Below the pieces are notes generated by a model that worked only from the letters and a program-made list of their open reading frames with translations, ran no database searches and was not told where the DNA came from. The translations under genes and the position numbers were made by a program. A DNA stretch of 64,000 nt from Chloropicon primus (lineage: Eukaryota), in assembly GCA_023205875.1 (NCBI GenBank), contig CP060764.1, positions 434,001 through 498,000 of the forward strand, given 5' to 3'. Shown in pieces: positions 21,213 through 35,100 of this stretch; positions within the stretch are counted from its first letter, which is position 1; each line of letters starts with the position of its first letter.

Positions 21213-22376
21213 TCACTCCGTGAAATCTCCCGTCCTCTTGAGAGAACTCTTCTTCTGAATGTCGTTGCCCTCGCAGAAGTTCTGAAGAAGCTCTGCGACC
21301 CTCTCCGGGTAATCGTCTTGCACGGTGTGGCCCATCTTGTCGGCGAAGGTGTAAAACTTCATGCACGTTCTCTTGTCATCCAGCCACTCAATCGCTGTCT
21401 CCCAATCCACGTAGTAGTCGCTGGTTCCAAAGGCCACCAGAGACTCCACCCTCCACCTCTGGAAGCCCTCGTCAAGCGTCTTGAGCAGCTCCTCGTAGTT
21501 CACGTTCTTCATCATGCTCTGCGCCGCATCTCTTTTTGCCTGGTCATAAAAGGGATCCTGGTAAGTCTCCGCGTCGTCCCTGTCCAGAAAGTATGGCGAG
21601 CCGCCCTGCATGTAGTTCGCCGCCTCCACGGACTCCAGCGGCCCCTGGTCACTCTTCGCAAACGGGTTGTTGAAGCCGAACAGGCCGCCCTCCGAGCCCT
21701 TGACCTTCTGCAGGATCCCAGGCAGAGGAGTCTTAGCCTCCAGCGGGGTGTTGAAGATCACGAGCTTTTCGATCAGATCGGCGTTCCTCAGGGCGTACAA
21801 CATGCCGTACTGGCCCAAGATGAAGCCCTGGGTGGCCAGCACAAACTTCTTCTCTTTCCCAATCACCTTGTAGAGGAAGGCACTCAAGCCGTGCACGTAG
21901 TCGTCTGCCTTGAACGCGAACTTGCCGGCGGCGGGAACTCCCGAGTCCCCGTGCCCCGGCCAGTCCGGGACGACCACGTCGTACCCTGCCCTGCCGAGCA
22001 GGTCGATCACCCTCCTGTACGAGTACGAGCTGCTCAGTGCTCCGTGCAGCAACACAACAGTCGGCTTCTTGCTCTCTCCGACCGTGTACCGGTAACTCCA
22101 CGTCGTGCCGTTTATCTCCACCGTCGCCTTCTTCACCACGTCCGAGTCGGAGATGGGCAGGCCCGTCGTCGGGTCTATCTTCTCCTCCGCGCTCGCGCGA
22201 GCCTTCACCACCAGCCTCCTCATCCTCATCCTCATCCTCACCGTCCGGCTCTTCTCGCGCAGGGAAACATCTGCGTGACCGCGTTGCGGTGGCGACGCAA
22301 GAGTCCGGGCCAAAGCGCTCGCATGGCACGGCGCTTGACCCCGTCCGATGGCGGTTGCTGCGGTCGCCGTCCTCAT
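21213..22376 (-). CDS. Chloroplast alpha/beta-hydrolase fold protein (haloalkane dehalogenase-like)
   Basis: VVLLHG..SSYSYR, PDWPGHGDS, FGTSD, GHTVQDDYPE; N-terminal transit peptide. Confidence 0.85.
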   Translation of the reverse strand: MRTATAATAIGRGQAPCHASALARTLASPPQRGHADVSLREKSRTVRMRMRMRRLVVKARASAEEKIDPTTGLPISDSDVVKKATVEINGTTWSYRYTVGESKKPTVVLLHGALSSSYSYRRVIDLLGRAGYDVVVPDWPGHGDSGVPAAGKFAFKADDYVHGLSAFLYKVIGKEKKFVLATQGFILGQYGMLYALRNADLIEKLVIFNTPLEAKTPLPGILQKVKGSEGGLFGFNNPFAKSDQGPLESVEAANYMQGGSPYFLDRDDAETYQDPFYDQAKRDAAQSMMKNVNYEELLKTLDEGFQRWRVESLVAFGTSDYYVDWETAIEWLDDKRTCMKFYTFADKMGHTVQDDYPERVAELLQNFCEGNDIQKKSSLKRTGDFTE

Positions 22377-22520
22377 CTTCGAGAGAAAACGGAGCTTGTT
22401 CCCCTCTCTCTCTCTCTCTCGACCTGCCTTGGCCACAAGATTAGATCTTGATCGAGAACCCCACAATCTTCCTGTTGTTTGTTATGGATACAATATACAA
22501 TTTGGTGGTAACTGCTCCCG

Positions 22521-25500
22521 TTACTCGGTTGTTATGCTTATGATCTCTCCGTTGCGGTTGGTGACCAAGACGCAGTCTTCCGGGGTCACGGTGACGTCCG
22601 TGACCCCGACCGTGGCGTCAAACTTGCGGACTTGCCGGAGATAAAGGTCCCTGACGCTGACCGTGCCCTTCTCTCCGCCCAGGACCACGTGGTCGCCCTC
22701 CTGGGTTCTGGTGAATGCCAGGGCAGTGACCCTCTCCCCGATGTCTGCCGAGGCCAGCACCTTGCCGTTCATCGTCATGGTGTACAACTTCAAGTCCGCC
22801 TGGCAATAAATCAGGAGGACGCCGTTGGGGTTCAGGGCCATCTTGCTCGGGACATGCCCGCTGGGCAGCTGGAGCTGCCTCACGTATTCCCCAGTCTGCA
22901 GGGTGTGGAACAGAATGTCGCCGCCGATCGAGGCACTGATGACGAGGTCCAAGGGAACGGACAAGGCGATGGAACTCACCTCGTCCTGGTGGCCGTACAG
23001 GATGTGCAAGGGGTTGTCCTCCAAGGCTGGCTGCACGGACTTGGCCTTTCTCTGAATTTTCCACACGATGACGGTGGTGTCCCTGCTGCCCGTGACAACG
23101 ACCTTCTCGTCGAAGCCGACTGCGACGCAGGTGATCGCGTCCTTGTGGCAGGACACGCTCTGGATGCACTTGAAGTCGTCCAAGTTGTAGCACCGGATGC
23201 TGTTGTCCCAGTGCCCGATGCTCAGCAGGACGCCGCTCCTGCCGAGGACAGCAAAGTGGTTGGCACCGCTGCTCATGGTCGACCCGTACTGCTTCTTCAG
23301 AGACTCTGTCGTCTTCTCGTGTTCCAAGCTGAAAGTGGAGGAGGCCGAGGCAGTGAACGTGAACGAGGTGTCCTTGGGTGTGACCCACCTGTAGTAGTGG
23401 ACGACGGCGTCGTCGTCGATCACCATGAATTTGCTGTTCACCATCGTGCAATACCTGATCGCTCTGGGAGGGGAAACCCTCATTCTGCTGAGGGCCATCC
23501 TCGAATCTTGCTTCGCCCACATTCCCTGGCCCCCCTTTGCAGACTTCGCAGACTGCTTCTTTCGGAAGAGCTGGGATGGGGTCTGGCCAAAGTGAAGGAC
23601 GTGGTCCATGACAACCTTGCGCTCGCGCTCGTCCTCGATCGTGGAGATGTCAACGCTCCCCTCATAGGACAGGTAGTGGAAGACATTCACTGCTTCGACC
23701 GCGGCTTTCCCCCTCTGCTTGTACCCAAAGATCAGGTCGATCCAAGAGTGGAGATTCGAGGAGACGTAGTCGCTCTCGAGCGCTTTCTTGTGAATCCTCA
23801 CAAACTCCACGGGGCTTCCTTTGGCCCAAGGCGGCAGTGCCACTTCGGGGTGCTTCACCCCATCTTGGCATATCCCGAAATCGATGGAATTCATGTTCTC
23901 GAACATCTCTGGAAGGCAAAAGAATTCTGGAATCAGCTCCTTCACGTCAGCGGAGTGGTGGTTGCACATGCTCCACGTCGCGCTCACAGAGTTGAACAGC
24001 CTGTCCGCGTGGTCCAACTTGCCGCCCTGCAAAACGGAGTGAAGAAACGTGAATGGCTCCATGCGGATCAGGTAGTAGAGGACGATCCCCGCCGTGCTGT
24101 AATGGGAGCCGTAGTGAAAGGCCCTCGCTGGGTCGTCAGTCTGGATGGACAGGCTGTACCTCTCCATGACGAGCTCCTTGCGCTTTTCACTCAGAGCCCC
24201 AACAGGCTTGGTGAGGTCGCGGTAAACTCCAGGGTCGTCCAGATCCAATTCGCCCGACTCGTAGTCCGACAGAACCCAAGGGAAAACAGGGTATTGCGAC
24301 AGGTCGTTGAAAGTTCTGCCTGCAAGCGTGTTGAGCTTCATCAAATAGCTGAAATTCGAGATCTCGCCCTTCCTCCACTGAGAAGAGTAGAGCTCAGCCA
24401 GAGCCACTCTCTTCCTGCGGGAGACTACGAGGATGGAAGGCGCCAGAACTGTGATGCGCTTCACCGTCCTTTTCATCTCTTCCCTGGAGGAAAAGGCGAG
24501 GAAGACGCCTTTGTGCTGCAAGAAGATCTCGCAGGCCGAGTACTCCAGCATGTACCTCATGAAATGAATCTCTCTAATGTCATCCACGTTGATGCAGGCG
24601 CGCTTTGACTTCCCGCTGGAAGGATCTGGCATTCCCTGGCCGAACAGATTGCTGTGCTCCTGGACTTTCCCTGAGAAGTACACTTTTCTCTCGCTGATAT
24701 GAATCTTTCCTGGGACTATCCTCTTCACCGTCACCAGCTTGCACTCCGTGGAGAAGACGGCGTCGTCAAACGCAATGGATTCTGACCTTTGCAACCTGCT
24801 CTCCGGGGAAACTTGGCTGCCGTCATCTGCCTCCTGGAAGTCTTGGCTCTCTTGCAGACCCTCCGAAGGGAACTCTCCCTGGAGGTGGAGGTCCTCGTCC
24901 ATTTCCATTTTGATCGACAGGTTTTTGATGAGCTGCCCATCCGAGACGACATCCGACTCTTTCTCTCCCAGAGAAGAGCTGGTGGTGTATTCCCTGACCG
25001 TGTAAAGCCTCTTCACTTTCATTCTGCGCCGAAGGTAGTCCTCCGTGGAGTCCAGCTTCCACTTCAAGTTCTGCTCCCTTCCGGAGGCCCATATGCCTTT
25101 CTCTGACCTCAGCTTCCTCTGCATGTGCTTCCAGTGGGTCTCTACTTCTTGGCAAGACTCCAGCAGATTCATGCCCTCGTTCACACGGCGGCTTGCGTCC
25201 TGCTCGGAGTAACTGCCCGAGCAGAGTTTTCCTCTCTCGGCGTGCTGGAAACGGAACGCGCTGTCTTTGGCTGCGTCTTCTTGCAGCCTCTTCTCCACAG
25301 AAGTTATGCGGAGCATTCTCTCCTGCTGTGCCTGCGCTCTGGAGACCGTTTCCCTGGAAAGGAGCTTCGAGACCTCAGTCTCCAGAGCGCGCTTATCCTT
25401 GGCGTAACTCAGGGAACGGAACATGCTCTGGCAAAGGTCCTTGTGCCACCCTCTGGCGTCTTTGTTCTCCTTTAAGAATTCCACTGCCTTGATGTAGGCC

Positions 25501-28500
25501 GAGAGGGCATCCGACAAATCGTGCGAAGAAAGGATGCAGTACTCTACGATGCTGCAAATGTCCTTGGCAATCACCTTTGCCTTCGACTCTTCCGTGACAG
25601 CATTTAGCATCATCGTGAAGAGGGACATGGTGACTTGGAAGACGAGCCTCACGTTATCCTGGCTGAGGGACTCCCCAGCCCTTGAAGGGGACTGGGTGAC
25701 TCTTGCTGATGGGGAGCCAGGGCCACCACCCTCCTTGTCAGTCTCCATGCTGACGTACTTGAGAAAACAATGGGCCGAAGTGCCAAACAAGAGCTTGTAA
25801 ATGATGGAAACGCAAACTTCGCAAAACTCTGAAGCGAGTGCCTCGTGGACGGGCGAAGATTCCGGCTCGCCCCTTCCATCCAGCACGTGGCTGCCAAATC
25901 CCATTTCCCTGCAAAGGTCAGCATCGCTGGCTTCCTTTCCCATCGATATGGAACGGATGCATTCAATGACATCGTACTCGCTTTCAACGCCCTCCTTTCC
26001 ATTCCCCGTGCTCGGCTTTCCTTCCAGAAATACTCCTAAGAGGATGTCCTGGCACAGCGGAAGGATTCCGACAACATTATTGATGCACGCTTCGCAATCC
26101 AGAGCTTCGACAGTGGTCCAGGAATCCGACGCAGATCTGGTTGTCTGGTCCGACAGCAGGACCATCTTCAAGGTATCACTTATCAGCTGCGGAAACAGCA
26201 CTGAACTGTCCTCCTTTCTGTAATTCTGCCCCCACAAAAAGTAATACATGGTCTCCTCAATCGTCGCGTGGCCATTATCCTTGTACCTCACACAGTAGAA
26301 GATGAGGGATATGAGAATATTCCAGCAGATGGCGACTTCGTTGGTGACATCCGTATTTCCAGTTTTGCTGAGGCTCACCCGGCATTCACCAGGAATGGCC
26401 GAGAGATTGCCCTCTATTTGCCCGACAAGTGGTTTCTGCCACGCAGACTTCGTCACAAAAGCTTCCACGTTGTTCCTTGCTCTTGAGAGCAACTTCACGC
26501 AGTAGCTCAGAACGACTTTTCTTTGGGCAACTTCTACCTTGGGCAGAATCTGGAAGAGGACTGACACGACATACAATTCGGAGTGCTTCCCTGTCTTCAG
26601 GAGAGAGACCAGCTTCAGGAGCAGGCTGTTCCCCAGTGCGGAAGACGCGAGCTTGGCTCCAAAGCCTTCCAATAACACCTCAAATATGACTAATTCTTCT
26701 CCCCTGAGGACGTCCTCACTTCCAATCAGCAGTAACTCCAAAGCTTCGACGCAAACGAGCTTGTTCGATGACTCGATCATAGGTGCAAACATGCCTGAGC
26801 CTCCCATTCTCCCTAGAAGCTCACTGAAACGCTTTTGCTCTCTCCTCTCTCCCTTGAGGCACAAATTGAGCCTCCTCAGCAGCAGATAGGTCACATCGTC
26901 GTGCACGTTGTCGTTGCAAAAGCAGATCAAAGCCACGAGATCATTTTCGTCGAACTTCTTCTCCATGAGGATGACGACAGCCTCAAGATACCCTCTCACA
27001 AGGCGATCTGAGCATACGCTGTTGCCCTGCTCGTCGACTTCCATGCAGCACTTCTTCTTCTGCGAACGCAGAACATCCAGGAAGAGAGAAATTTGCACGA
27101 CGCCTCTCACGAGCCTGTACTCTGTTCGAATTGTTCTCAAGAGCAGCTCGATGTATGGCTTTTGCACGGCATCAGATACCCCGCTCCACCAGCTGAGGTC
27201 AAGAAGAACGTGTTGAAATGCCTGCTTGAAAGGAACCTTGTCCTCTGCATCCAGCATCCACACCAGCATCTCTTCGATGGCTTCGACCATATCCGGTTGA
27301 ATGACCTGCGCATCGACTTTACGAATCAGAAAACCCAGTATGGGAAAGCCCTTCATGTGCAACATATCGTTCATGTAAAGGTGAGACGCACCCATGAGCG
27401 TCTGAAGCAGCTGAAAGACTTGCATCATGGTCGAGGAGAGGGTCTCGCTTGCCTTTGCCTGCGACGCGTAATTGTGATAAAGATGCCCAAACAGGGTGAG
27501 AACCACGCCTATTCCCCCGATGCACTGTATCATGTCTTTCATGACCCTCGTATAGCAGAAGTGGGTGCCGTCAAGCACTGACACAGCTATTGGTGCGCCA
27601 GGCTGCACAACGTTATACAGGACGCCGTTCGCTTTGGCCTTCTCCTTCAGGGCAAGGAAAAGCATGTCGCCCGTGTTGAAGCCACGTATGAGTCTTGTGA
27701 ACGCCACATTCGGGCCAATTCTGTAAATCTGCATCATGTGCTTTTCGTACAGAGCATCTTGGAACAAAAACACGCTGCTGACCTGCCCCTTCAACCTTGA
27801 AAGCCACTTGTACACATTGTGCTGATTCTCTTCATCGGGGAGGCACCCTATGCTGATGCCAGTGAGGACATCAAAGTTTTTGGGGTACTTGAGCTTCTGC
27901 ACATTTTCCTTGACGCCGTTCAGATACAACGAAACGTTTGACGAGCCAAAGGTGCTGCTGTTGTCATGCACAATCCCAAGCTGAAACCACGTGCCGACAG
28001 GTACATCAATGTCCAGGCTCACTGAGTGTAATTTTGACTCGAGCGTGTGAATCAATATTCTGCGGCTTTCGAGGACCACCACGACAGAATGCTGGTCAGT
28101 CTTGCCCGTCTTTCCTTGCAACGAATACAGTACTTTTCCTTGAGTTTGCTGCAAATTGCAGGTATCGAATCTGAGCCAAACCGAGAAGGAGTAGGCCTTG
28201 CTGCCGCCCCAGGAAGACTTCCCTTTCCAGCGCAGACCTGACTGGACGCCATCAAAGTCAAGAAAGTCTGTTGGACCATCCTGGCTCACCACTTTCCTCA
28301 AAATGGAGACCGTCTGCAGGAGCTTCCGATCATCTAGGATCCCCGACTCGCAGCCGTAGCACGTCCTTAACACGGTCCGGAGGTCCTTCGCCGAAAGGGA
28401 GACTTTGCCTATGGTCTGAATCAGGTTTACTATACAATCCTGCAAGTCTCTCTCCTCGGCGCTGCACTCCCGAAACCATTGGAACAGCTGGGCCGTGACC

Positions 28501-31500
28501 CCATGGTAGTCGCACGCCGAGCAGTTCGCGATGCTTTGCTTGAGCACCGAATTTATTAACCTCATGCCTATTTTGGCATTGTCTATGGTACATCTTCTCA
28601 GAATGTTCAGCATAGCCGGCACCAGCTTCACGGACACAAAGTGCACGACGCCCTTGCCCTCGGTTCTGCTGATGATCTGGTCCGTTGCAATGTTGAACAA
28701 TTCCAAGAACACTGAGTATGGGATCGGGGTAGTGACGCAGTGGAAGACAAGCTCCTGCAGGGTGTCCCAGCCCACCGTGCGCTCCAAGTGCTTGCGACCT
28801 TGGCGGTTTCCGCTTATCAGGTACCCCAAAGTCTTCAACACAGATCTGCAGAGTTCCGGGCCCTCGTCCTCAGAAAAGTTTTCATTCAGAAGGTTGAAAA
28901 CGTGCAAAATCGTTTCGCATTCGTTGAACAGGTGCTGGTGGGACAAATCTGCTGTTATCGTCTCCTGGATGCCCTCCAAAAGCATGAACACAAGTTTCAG
29001 ACCGCTTGCGTGAATTTCCATCTGCGCTCTAGGCAAGGCCTCCACATACCGCGTGAACAGAACAGACTTCGCAATCTCGGCATCGGTGTTCGAGGGCGAC
29101 ATCTTCAGCAAATCCTTCACCATGCCAAGGGCACAGTCCTGAAGATCGCTCTCCCAGATAAGGCTGAAGAGGGCGCCCACCGCGTTCCACTGCTTGATGA
29201 AATATTCTTCCACCAAAATGTGGCATTTGAACACATCCTTCAGGATTCCCAAGACGTGGGACCTCGTTCTCGCGCGAACGCTGCTCCCTTCCGCGGGCCC
29301 GTCGAAAACTCCGATCAAAAACTCCTCGTCAGACGGTAGAACTTCCCACTCCTCTTCCGCTGCGCCCGCCTGCTTCTGTATGATTCTTGCCATACCCGAA
29401 GAACAATCCGATTTGTCCAAGATTGCAGCCGTCCTTGCTACTTTGAACGAGTTCACATACTTCCTCAGGACATTCAAGAGCTGCACACAAGAGCCTGGTT
29501 GCAGAGCCAGGAGGTGGCTCTCCCTCAGGAGCATCTTCATCTCGATCTCTGGCAAAGTGTTCCACGGGGATGTGATTGTCTTGTACACCAGAGTGGTCAC
29601 AAGCACCTGGCACTCCAGTGCGTCCTTCATCACCGCGCCCAGCATCTCGTTCTCCTCCTGATTGTTCACCCGCCTGTACTCTGTTCGCAGCATGAAAAAG
29701 TTCTTTCCCAGCAGGATGTCCCAGCACTTGTGCCTCCTCAAGAGTGTTATGGCGTACTTTGAATTGAGCAGGAGCATAGCGACCCACTTGAGCAAGTGCT
29801 TCTTGAAGCCCAGAGTGTCTGACGCCAACTTTGCGCCACCTGACGCATTGCCGTTCCCCCCTAACCCTCTCTGGTAACTCCACAGAAGCTCGCTCTCGTC
29901 CTTCAAAAGACCGAATACCCCCGTCAGCAGAGCTTCGATGTACCGCTCATTGTCCTTGCACAGGCCAACTTGGGTTTCGAGGCTTGAGAAGGCGGACTCT
30001 ACAATCTCCCTGCCGCCATCCCCCGTGCTCGAGGGAATTGCCTGGAGAACTTGGAGCATCCATTGCTTCAATTTGTGGACACCGTCCGACTGCAGAAAGT
30101 GCTGCACGATCACGGCGTGCCTCTGAGAAGCCGTCGCCATGACTTTCAGCGCCTCTGATTGAACGTCGAAGAACGACAGGCTGCAGGACAGCTCCATACA
30201 ATCGTTGTACTTTGTCTCCCCCAGCAACGACGTGATGGACTCTATGATCCCAAAATCAAGCAAGTCCGTGTCCCCGTTGACCTCGTAAGCGACTTTGATG
30301 ATTTCTAAGACGGAGGCCTGGAGCCTCAGAACCGCAAGACCTTGCTCAACGGACGCAGTTCCCGAGCTCTTGATTATCTGGAGCAATTCGATGTAGTCCG
30401 CTACCAACTGAGAGGAGCACACGTTGCAGGCGATCAAGGGGTGCACCGATCCTCCCTCCCCCGACGACCTCTTGAACTCCTTGCACACGACGTTCGTGGA
30501 TTTCAAGAACGGAGAGATCACCGCCATGCAGCGGCTCAGGAGGGTGTACAAGTAACTCATCTTGGTGCTCTGCGACTCATCCCTGGCGCCCTGTGGCCCA
30601 CTCGAAGAGGCCGTCGTGCAAACATGGAGCTGGTTGATGGCATTTCGTACAATCTTACTGGTGTTCTGGAGGCCCCCTGCATCCAGAAACGCGGCTTGAT
30701 TGTATTGAGACCGCATCAGGCACGCCAATGCGTGCAAAAGCCCCAGACCCCCACTTGCCTGAAGGTCGGCCTGGCTCAGCAGCTCCCTCTCCAGCACGTA
30801 GTAAACACTCTGGGACAGGGTCACCAGTTCCGAGCACAAGCTAGCAGTGAGGTGTTTGGGGTGGCCGTACCTGCATCCCTTCTCCGGTCGACACCCCGCT
30901 TCCCCCCTCAAGTGTCGCTCCAGCCACGCCTCCTCCCCGTTGGGCCGCCAATCTTCCAGTCTCGTCGTGACATCCCTCAACAGGACTTGGAGAAGGATCT
31001 TGGCCTCCTGTGGACAGCAAAGCAAAATCGTTCGTTGCGGTCAGGGCAAAGCCACGGTCAAGCGGATCGAAACGAGGCGAACGGTACGACGAGGAACGCT
31101 GCCGGGCGTCACTGCTCAGAAATCTCGTGTAGAACAACGCTCACGCCCCTTGAGGCACTAGCGAGATAGAATGCAAAACAGCACCTTTTCATCAACGCAG
31201 TCGCAAAGGCAACGAAGACATTCGGGAGGGAACGGGATGGGGTCGAAAGAGGTCACGCTCCTACTCACGTCTGGTTTGCTTTCCCTCTTCGCCGTTTGGA
31301 ACTTGTTCCATATCTGCTGCAGCTTGAGCTCCGAGGAGCAAGACTCGTCGAAGAGGATCTCGGGAAGCCTGTCGATAAGCCTTCCGCTCGTCCCGGCCTC
31401 GCCCGTCCGGTCTCCCTCCTGCGCGCTCCTGGACCGTCCCCCGCGTTCGTTCTGCGCGACGGTGTTGATCACCTGATTCGCAAAAGAACGGAGCGCGTTC

Positions 31501-31502
31501 AT
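22521..31502 (-). CDS. BEACH-domain protein (ConA-like, PH, BEACH, WD40); exons 31502-31269 and 31007-22521
   Basis: ISNFSYLMKLNTLAGRTFNDLSQYPVFPW, FHYGSHYS, DVKELIPEFF, WIDLIFGYKQRG, FGQTP, C-terminal WD40 repeats; phase-0 intron 31268-31008 inferred. Confidence 0.93.
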
Positions 31503-32118
31503 GGTCCAAACCAAACGCCGTCGGTGTCACGACCGACGACGACCTAGAGACCTCCGCCACTGAGCAAAAAGAATGCCAAACCTATTTAGACTCAAAATCC
31601 TCAACACTTGGTCATTCTTTTCAAGCGACGGGTCCGACGATAGATCACGACGCGACGCTTTCGCCTGTCACCCTCTACGTCGCACCTTCCCTCCTCCTCG
31701 ACCTCCGCCGCCATCCAAAGACTCACCTCTCACTCGCCCTCGCTTCTTCGCCCAGCGTTATGACAGCAAGTCATCGGGATCGCGGACCAAACGAGGCGTT
31801 GAGGATCATCTTTGCGGAGGGGTCCCACATGCTGAGCGAGAAGGAACAATGCATTGTGAAGAGAGAGAGTACCTCGAAGAGGTCGGGCTCTGCAAAGCTC
31901 CTCGTCCTCCGTCGTCGAAGAGAACACGAAGCAAGACGGTCCCTTCCATCAAGCAGGAGGAGTGAGGAGGGAGACTGATGAAATCATCATCCATTGGCAC
32001 CCACACGAGCAAACCAACCATTGTTCGAAGATAAATAATGTAGATCCAGATCAGGGGTGACTGAATGGATCGAGTTTGGCAAGGATTACTGCTATGATAC
32101 ATGAAACAGAAGCCATTA

Positions 32119-35100
32119 TTAGGCTTCTTGATGCCTTTTGATGACATCCTCCGCTTGCTTCTGGGCCTTCGCCGATCGGATCAGAAAGTCGTCGCCCAGA
32201 CTCGACTCGCTGCCAGAAGTGGGGAGCTCGTGCTCGGGCACAGCGCTCTCGGGGGTCGGCATGTAGTCATCCGCGCTGCTGCTCGACATGTCAGACTCGT
32301 CCGTGTCCTCCAGGTTGGAATCGTCATCCGCTTTCGCTTTTTCCGTCATCGTCTGCTGTTTTTTTGAGGCGGAGGCGGCGCCCTCTGACTGGGTTGCGGC
32401 CTCCCTCCTCGCAAAGTCGGGGACATTGAGATCCACGGCTTTCTCCCTGGCCTTCTCCAGGTCAGCCTGAAGGCTCTTCTCGTGCTTGTCATACACTTCG
32501 TGGAGCTTCCTTTGCGCTGCCTTGTATGACCTGGCCGCCTCCTCGAACGAGTGGAGCTCCTTCTCAGATGCTTTCTGACGCCACTCGCTCTGCAGCTCGG
32601 AGATCATCTTCTCCCTCTCGAATTTCAGTTTCGAGAAGATTTCCGAGTGCTTCTTTCTCAGGCTCTCCTCAAGTTTCGATGCCTTGGCGACCATATTTTC
32701 CCTGACCTTGACGAATTTCTTCTTCTCCTCGGTCTCTGCCACGGTCTGGGTCTTTGCCACGTCAGCCAGGAAGGCAGCCCGGCCTCCCAGCATTCTCTCC
32801 TCTGCCTCCAGCTGCATGCTGAGCTCAAGATCCTTCTGTTGCTCCACGAGAAGCATCTTGACCAGGCTGTCCACCGCCTGGGACTCGGTGGAATTCTGCA
32901 CTTCCAGGCTCCTGAACCTTTGCAGGAACCGGGCCTGCTGCTCCTTGTGCAGCCTTGCTCTCCTGATCGTCGACAGCTGCTTCCTTCTTTCGTTCATGAT
33001 TTTATGGAAAGTGTCCAAAACCTTGGAGAACTCGTCCTCCCTTTGCAGCCTCTGGGAATCCAGCCACGTGTTCTGCTTCTCCACCTCAGCCTCGAAGGCC
33101 TCCTTCATCGCCAGCATCGCTATCGTTTCCCTCTGCTGCTCGGCTTGCACGACCTCTTGCGCCAGCATCGCCTCGTTCGCCTCGACCTTCCTCTTTCTCC
33201 TTTCGAACTCTACCTGCTGGAGCTCGGCCTCTCCCTCAAGAGCAGTCCTGTTGATGAGGGACATGGCCTCCATCCGGGCCTTGTTCTCTTCCTCCAGCCT
33301 AGACAGCTGCCTCGCCTTTTCAAGCCTGTGCTTCTGCTTGACTTGTTCTTCCTCGTCCTCCACGATCCAGGTCCGCATCTTGTTCTGCCTCTTCAGCTCA
33401 AGCTCTGTCGCCTTGCTCTCGAACTCCGTCCGCAGGGCGTCCAGCCTGTTCTGCAGGGCAGACTGATTGTCCACCTCGTAGCGCTTCCTGTTGACCTGGG
33501 ACTCCAACGCGTTTACAGCCTCTGACTCCATTTTGGCCTTGACCTCGAACTTGAGCAGCTTCTTCTTGTGCTCCAGCTCCTTCTCGAGGGCCTCGATTTC
33601 CTTCTTGTACGCTTGCTGCTGCTCCGCGATGGATGAGGTCGCCGCCCTCTCCATGTCTTCGAGCTGCTGAACTCGGAACAGCTTCTCCATTTCCTCCAGC
33701 CTGATTCTCTCGTTCAGGATCTTCTCGTCCAAGTCACTGATCTTTGCTCTCTGCTGGGCGGCAACTTGCCTCAGCTGATCGTCCTTCAACATGCCGGCGA
33801 GGGTCTCCTTGCTTTGCTTCTTGTTGACCATCTCATCAAGCAAGAGCCGCTTTCTGTGAAGCTCCTTCTCCTCCGCGCTGAGTCTCTCGTACTGGTGGAT
33901 TTGGAAGTTCACGATGTGCTCCGGGTACGAGGCAAACATGGGGTACGTATCCCCTTGTGGCAGCCCGCTCAGCCTCCACATGGCGCTGTCCTGCCGCAGC
34001 CGCTTCAGCCCATACGCCCTGAGGAGAATTTGGTTGACGTTCAAAGGCTCTGACCTTCTGAAGAAGAGGTAGACCTCCTCCTTGGACGGGGCGGACAAAA
34101 TGGTGGCCCTGAAGTACGAAAAGAACGAGACCACGAAGCACTCGAGGAAGAGTGGTGGGTTGCTCAAGACATGGTCGAGCAGCTTGAGCCATTCGTACCT
34201 GGACAAGACCTCCGAGAATAAGGACTGGAGCAAAGTCCACGCATGTATTTGCACTCCGCCTGTTTTTGACATGGATCTCGCGAGCTCTGGGTCAGCCTTG
34301 ATCAGGAGGTCCTCTATCCGAGCCAAGAGCTGCAGGGGCGGCCCGGGGAACATCTCAAACCACTCGGAGCACCAGTTTGTCAGGAAAGTGGCCACCGCCT
34401 CGAAACAGCTCGCTTCGTCAGCCCCGAACACCTTGATGAAGGGAAAGACAAAAGCGGGAAGGTATGTCACCTGCCCGAAGAGCGGGGTCCAGTGGGCCAA
34501 GCAGGACACCAACCTAGCCAGCCTGTCCAAGAGAATGGTGTTTTTGATGGGGTAATCCTCTTCGAGGTTGCCGAACGACACGTGGACCCCCTGCTTCTTG
34601 AGAGCCTTGTAAGCGCTCTTGTTCTGTGGGACGCTTAGGAGGGTCTTCCATATCAATATCCTGTACTTCGAGGGGTACTCCCCGTACGTGTCCAGCAGGT
34701 GCTTCAGCTTCTTCCTGGTCACCTTATCGCTCGAGTTTGGGGCGGCTTGGTCCTTGCCCTTGTCGTCGGCACCGCCCATGCGCACGCTTTTGGGTGCCTG
34801 GTTGCCGCCCAGAGCCTCGCTTTCTACCGGTGGACTCCTCCTCTCGACCGGCAGCTCGATGATCGGAAGGTTCGCTTCCGTGGAATTCATCCTCATGTTC
34901 TCCGCCAAATCAAGAATTGTCATGGCGCCGTACTCCGAGACGAGCACGAGGCGGTTGCCGTGGTTGTCCACAGCGAAGGACGTGACACCGGGGATCCTGG
35001 CTTTGATGTCCAAGATCATGAGGGCCGCGGCCACGTCGACGATCTTGACGGAGTCATCCGAGCAGAGGGCAATGACCAGGTTGGTGCCCCGGAGCGCAAC

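Noticed and set aside
31573..31978. Small plus-strand ORFs between the BEACH and TBC1D31 genes
   Set aside because: No motif and no consistent exon structure that I can support
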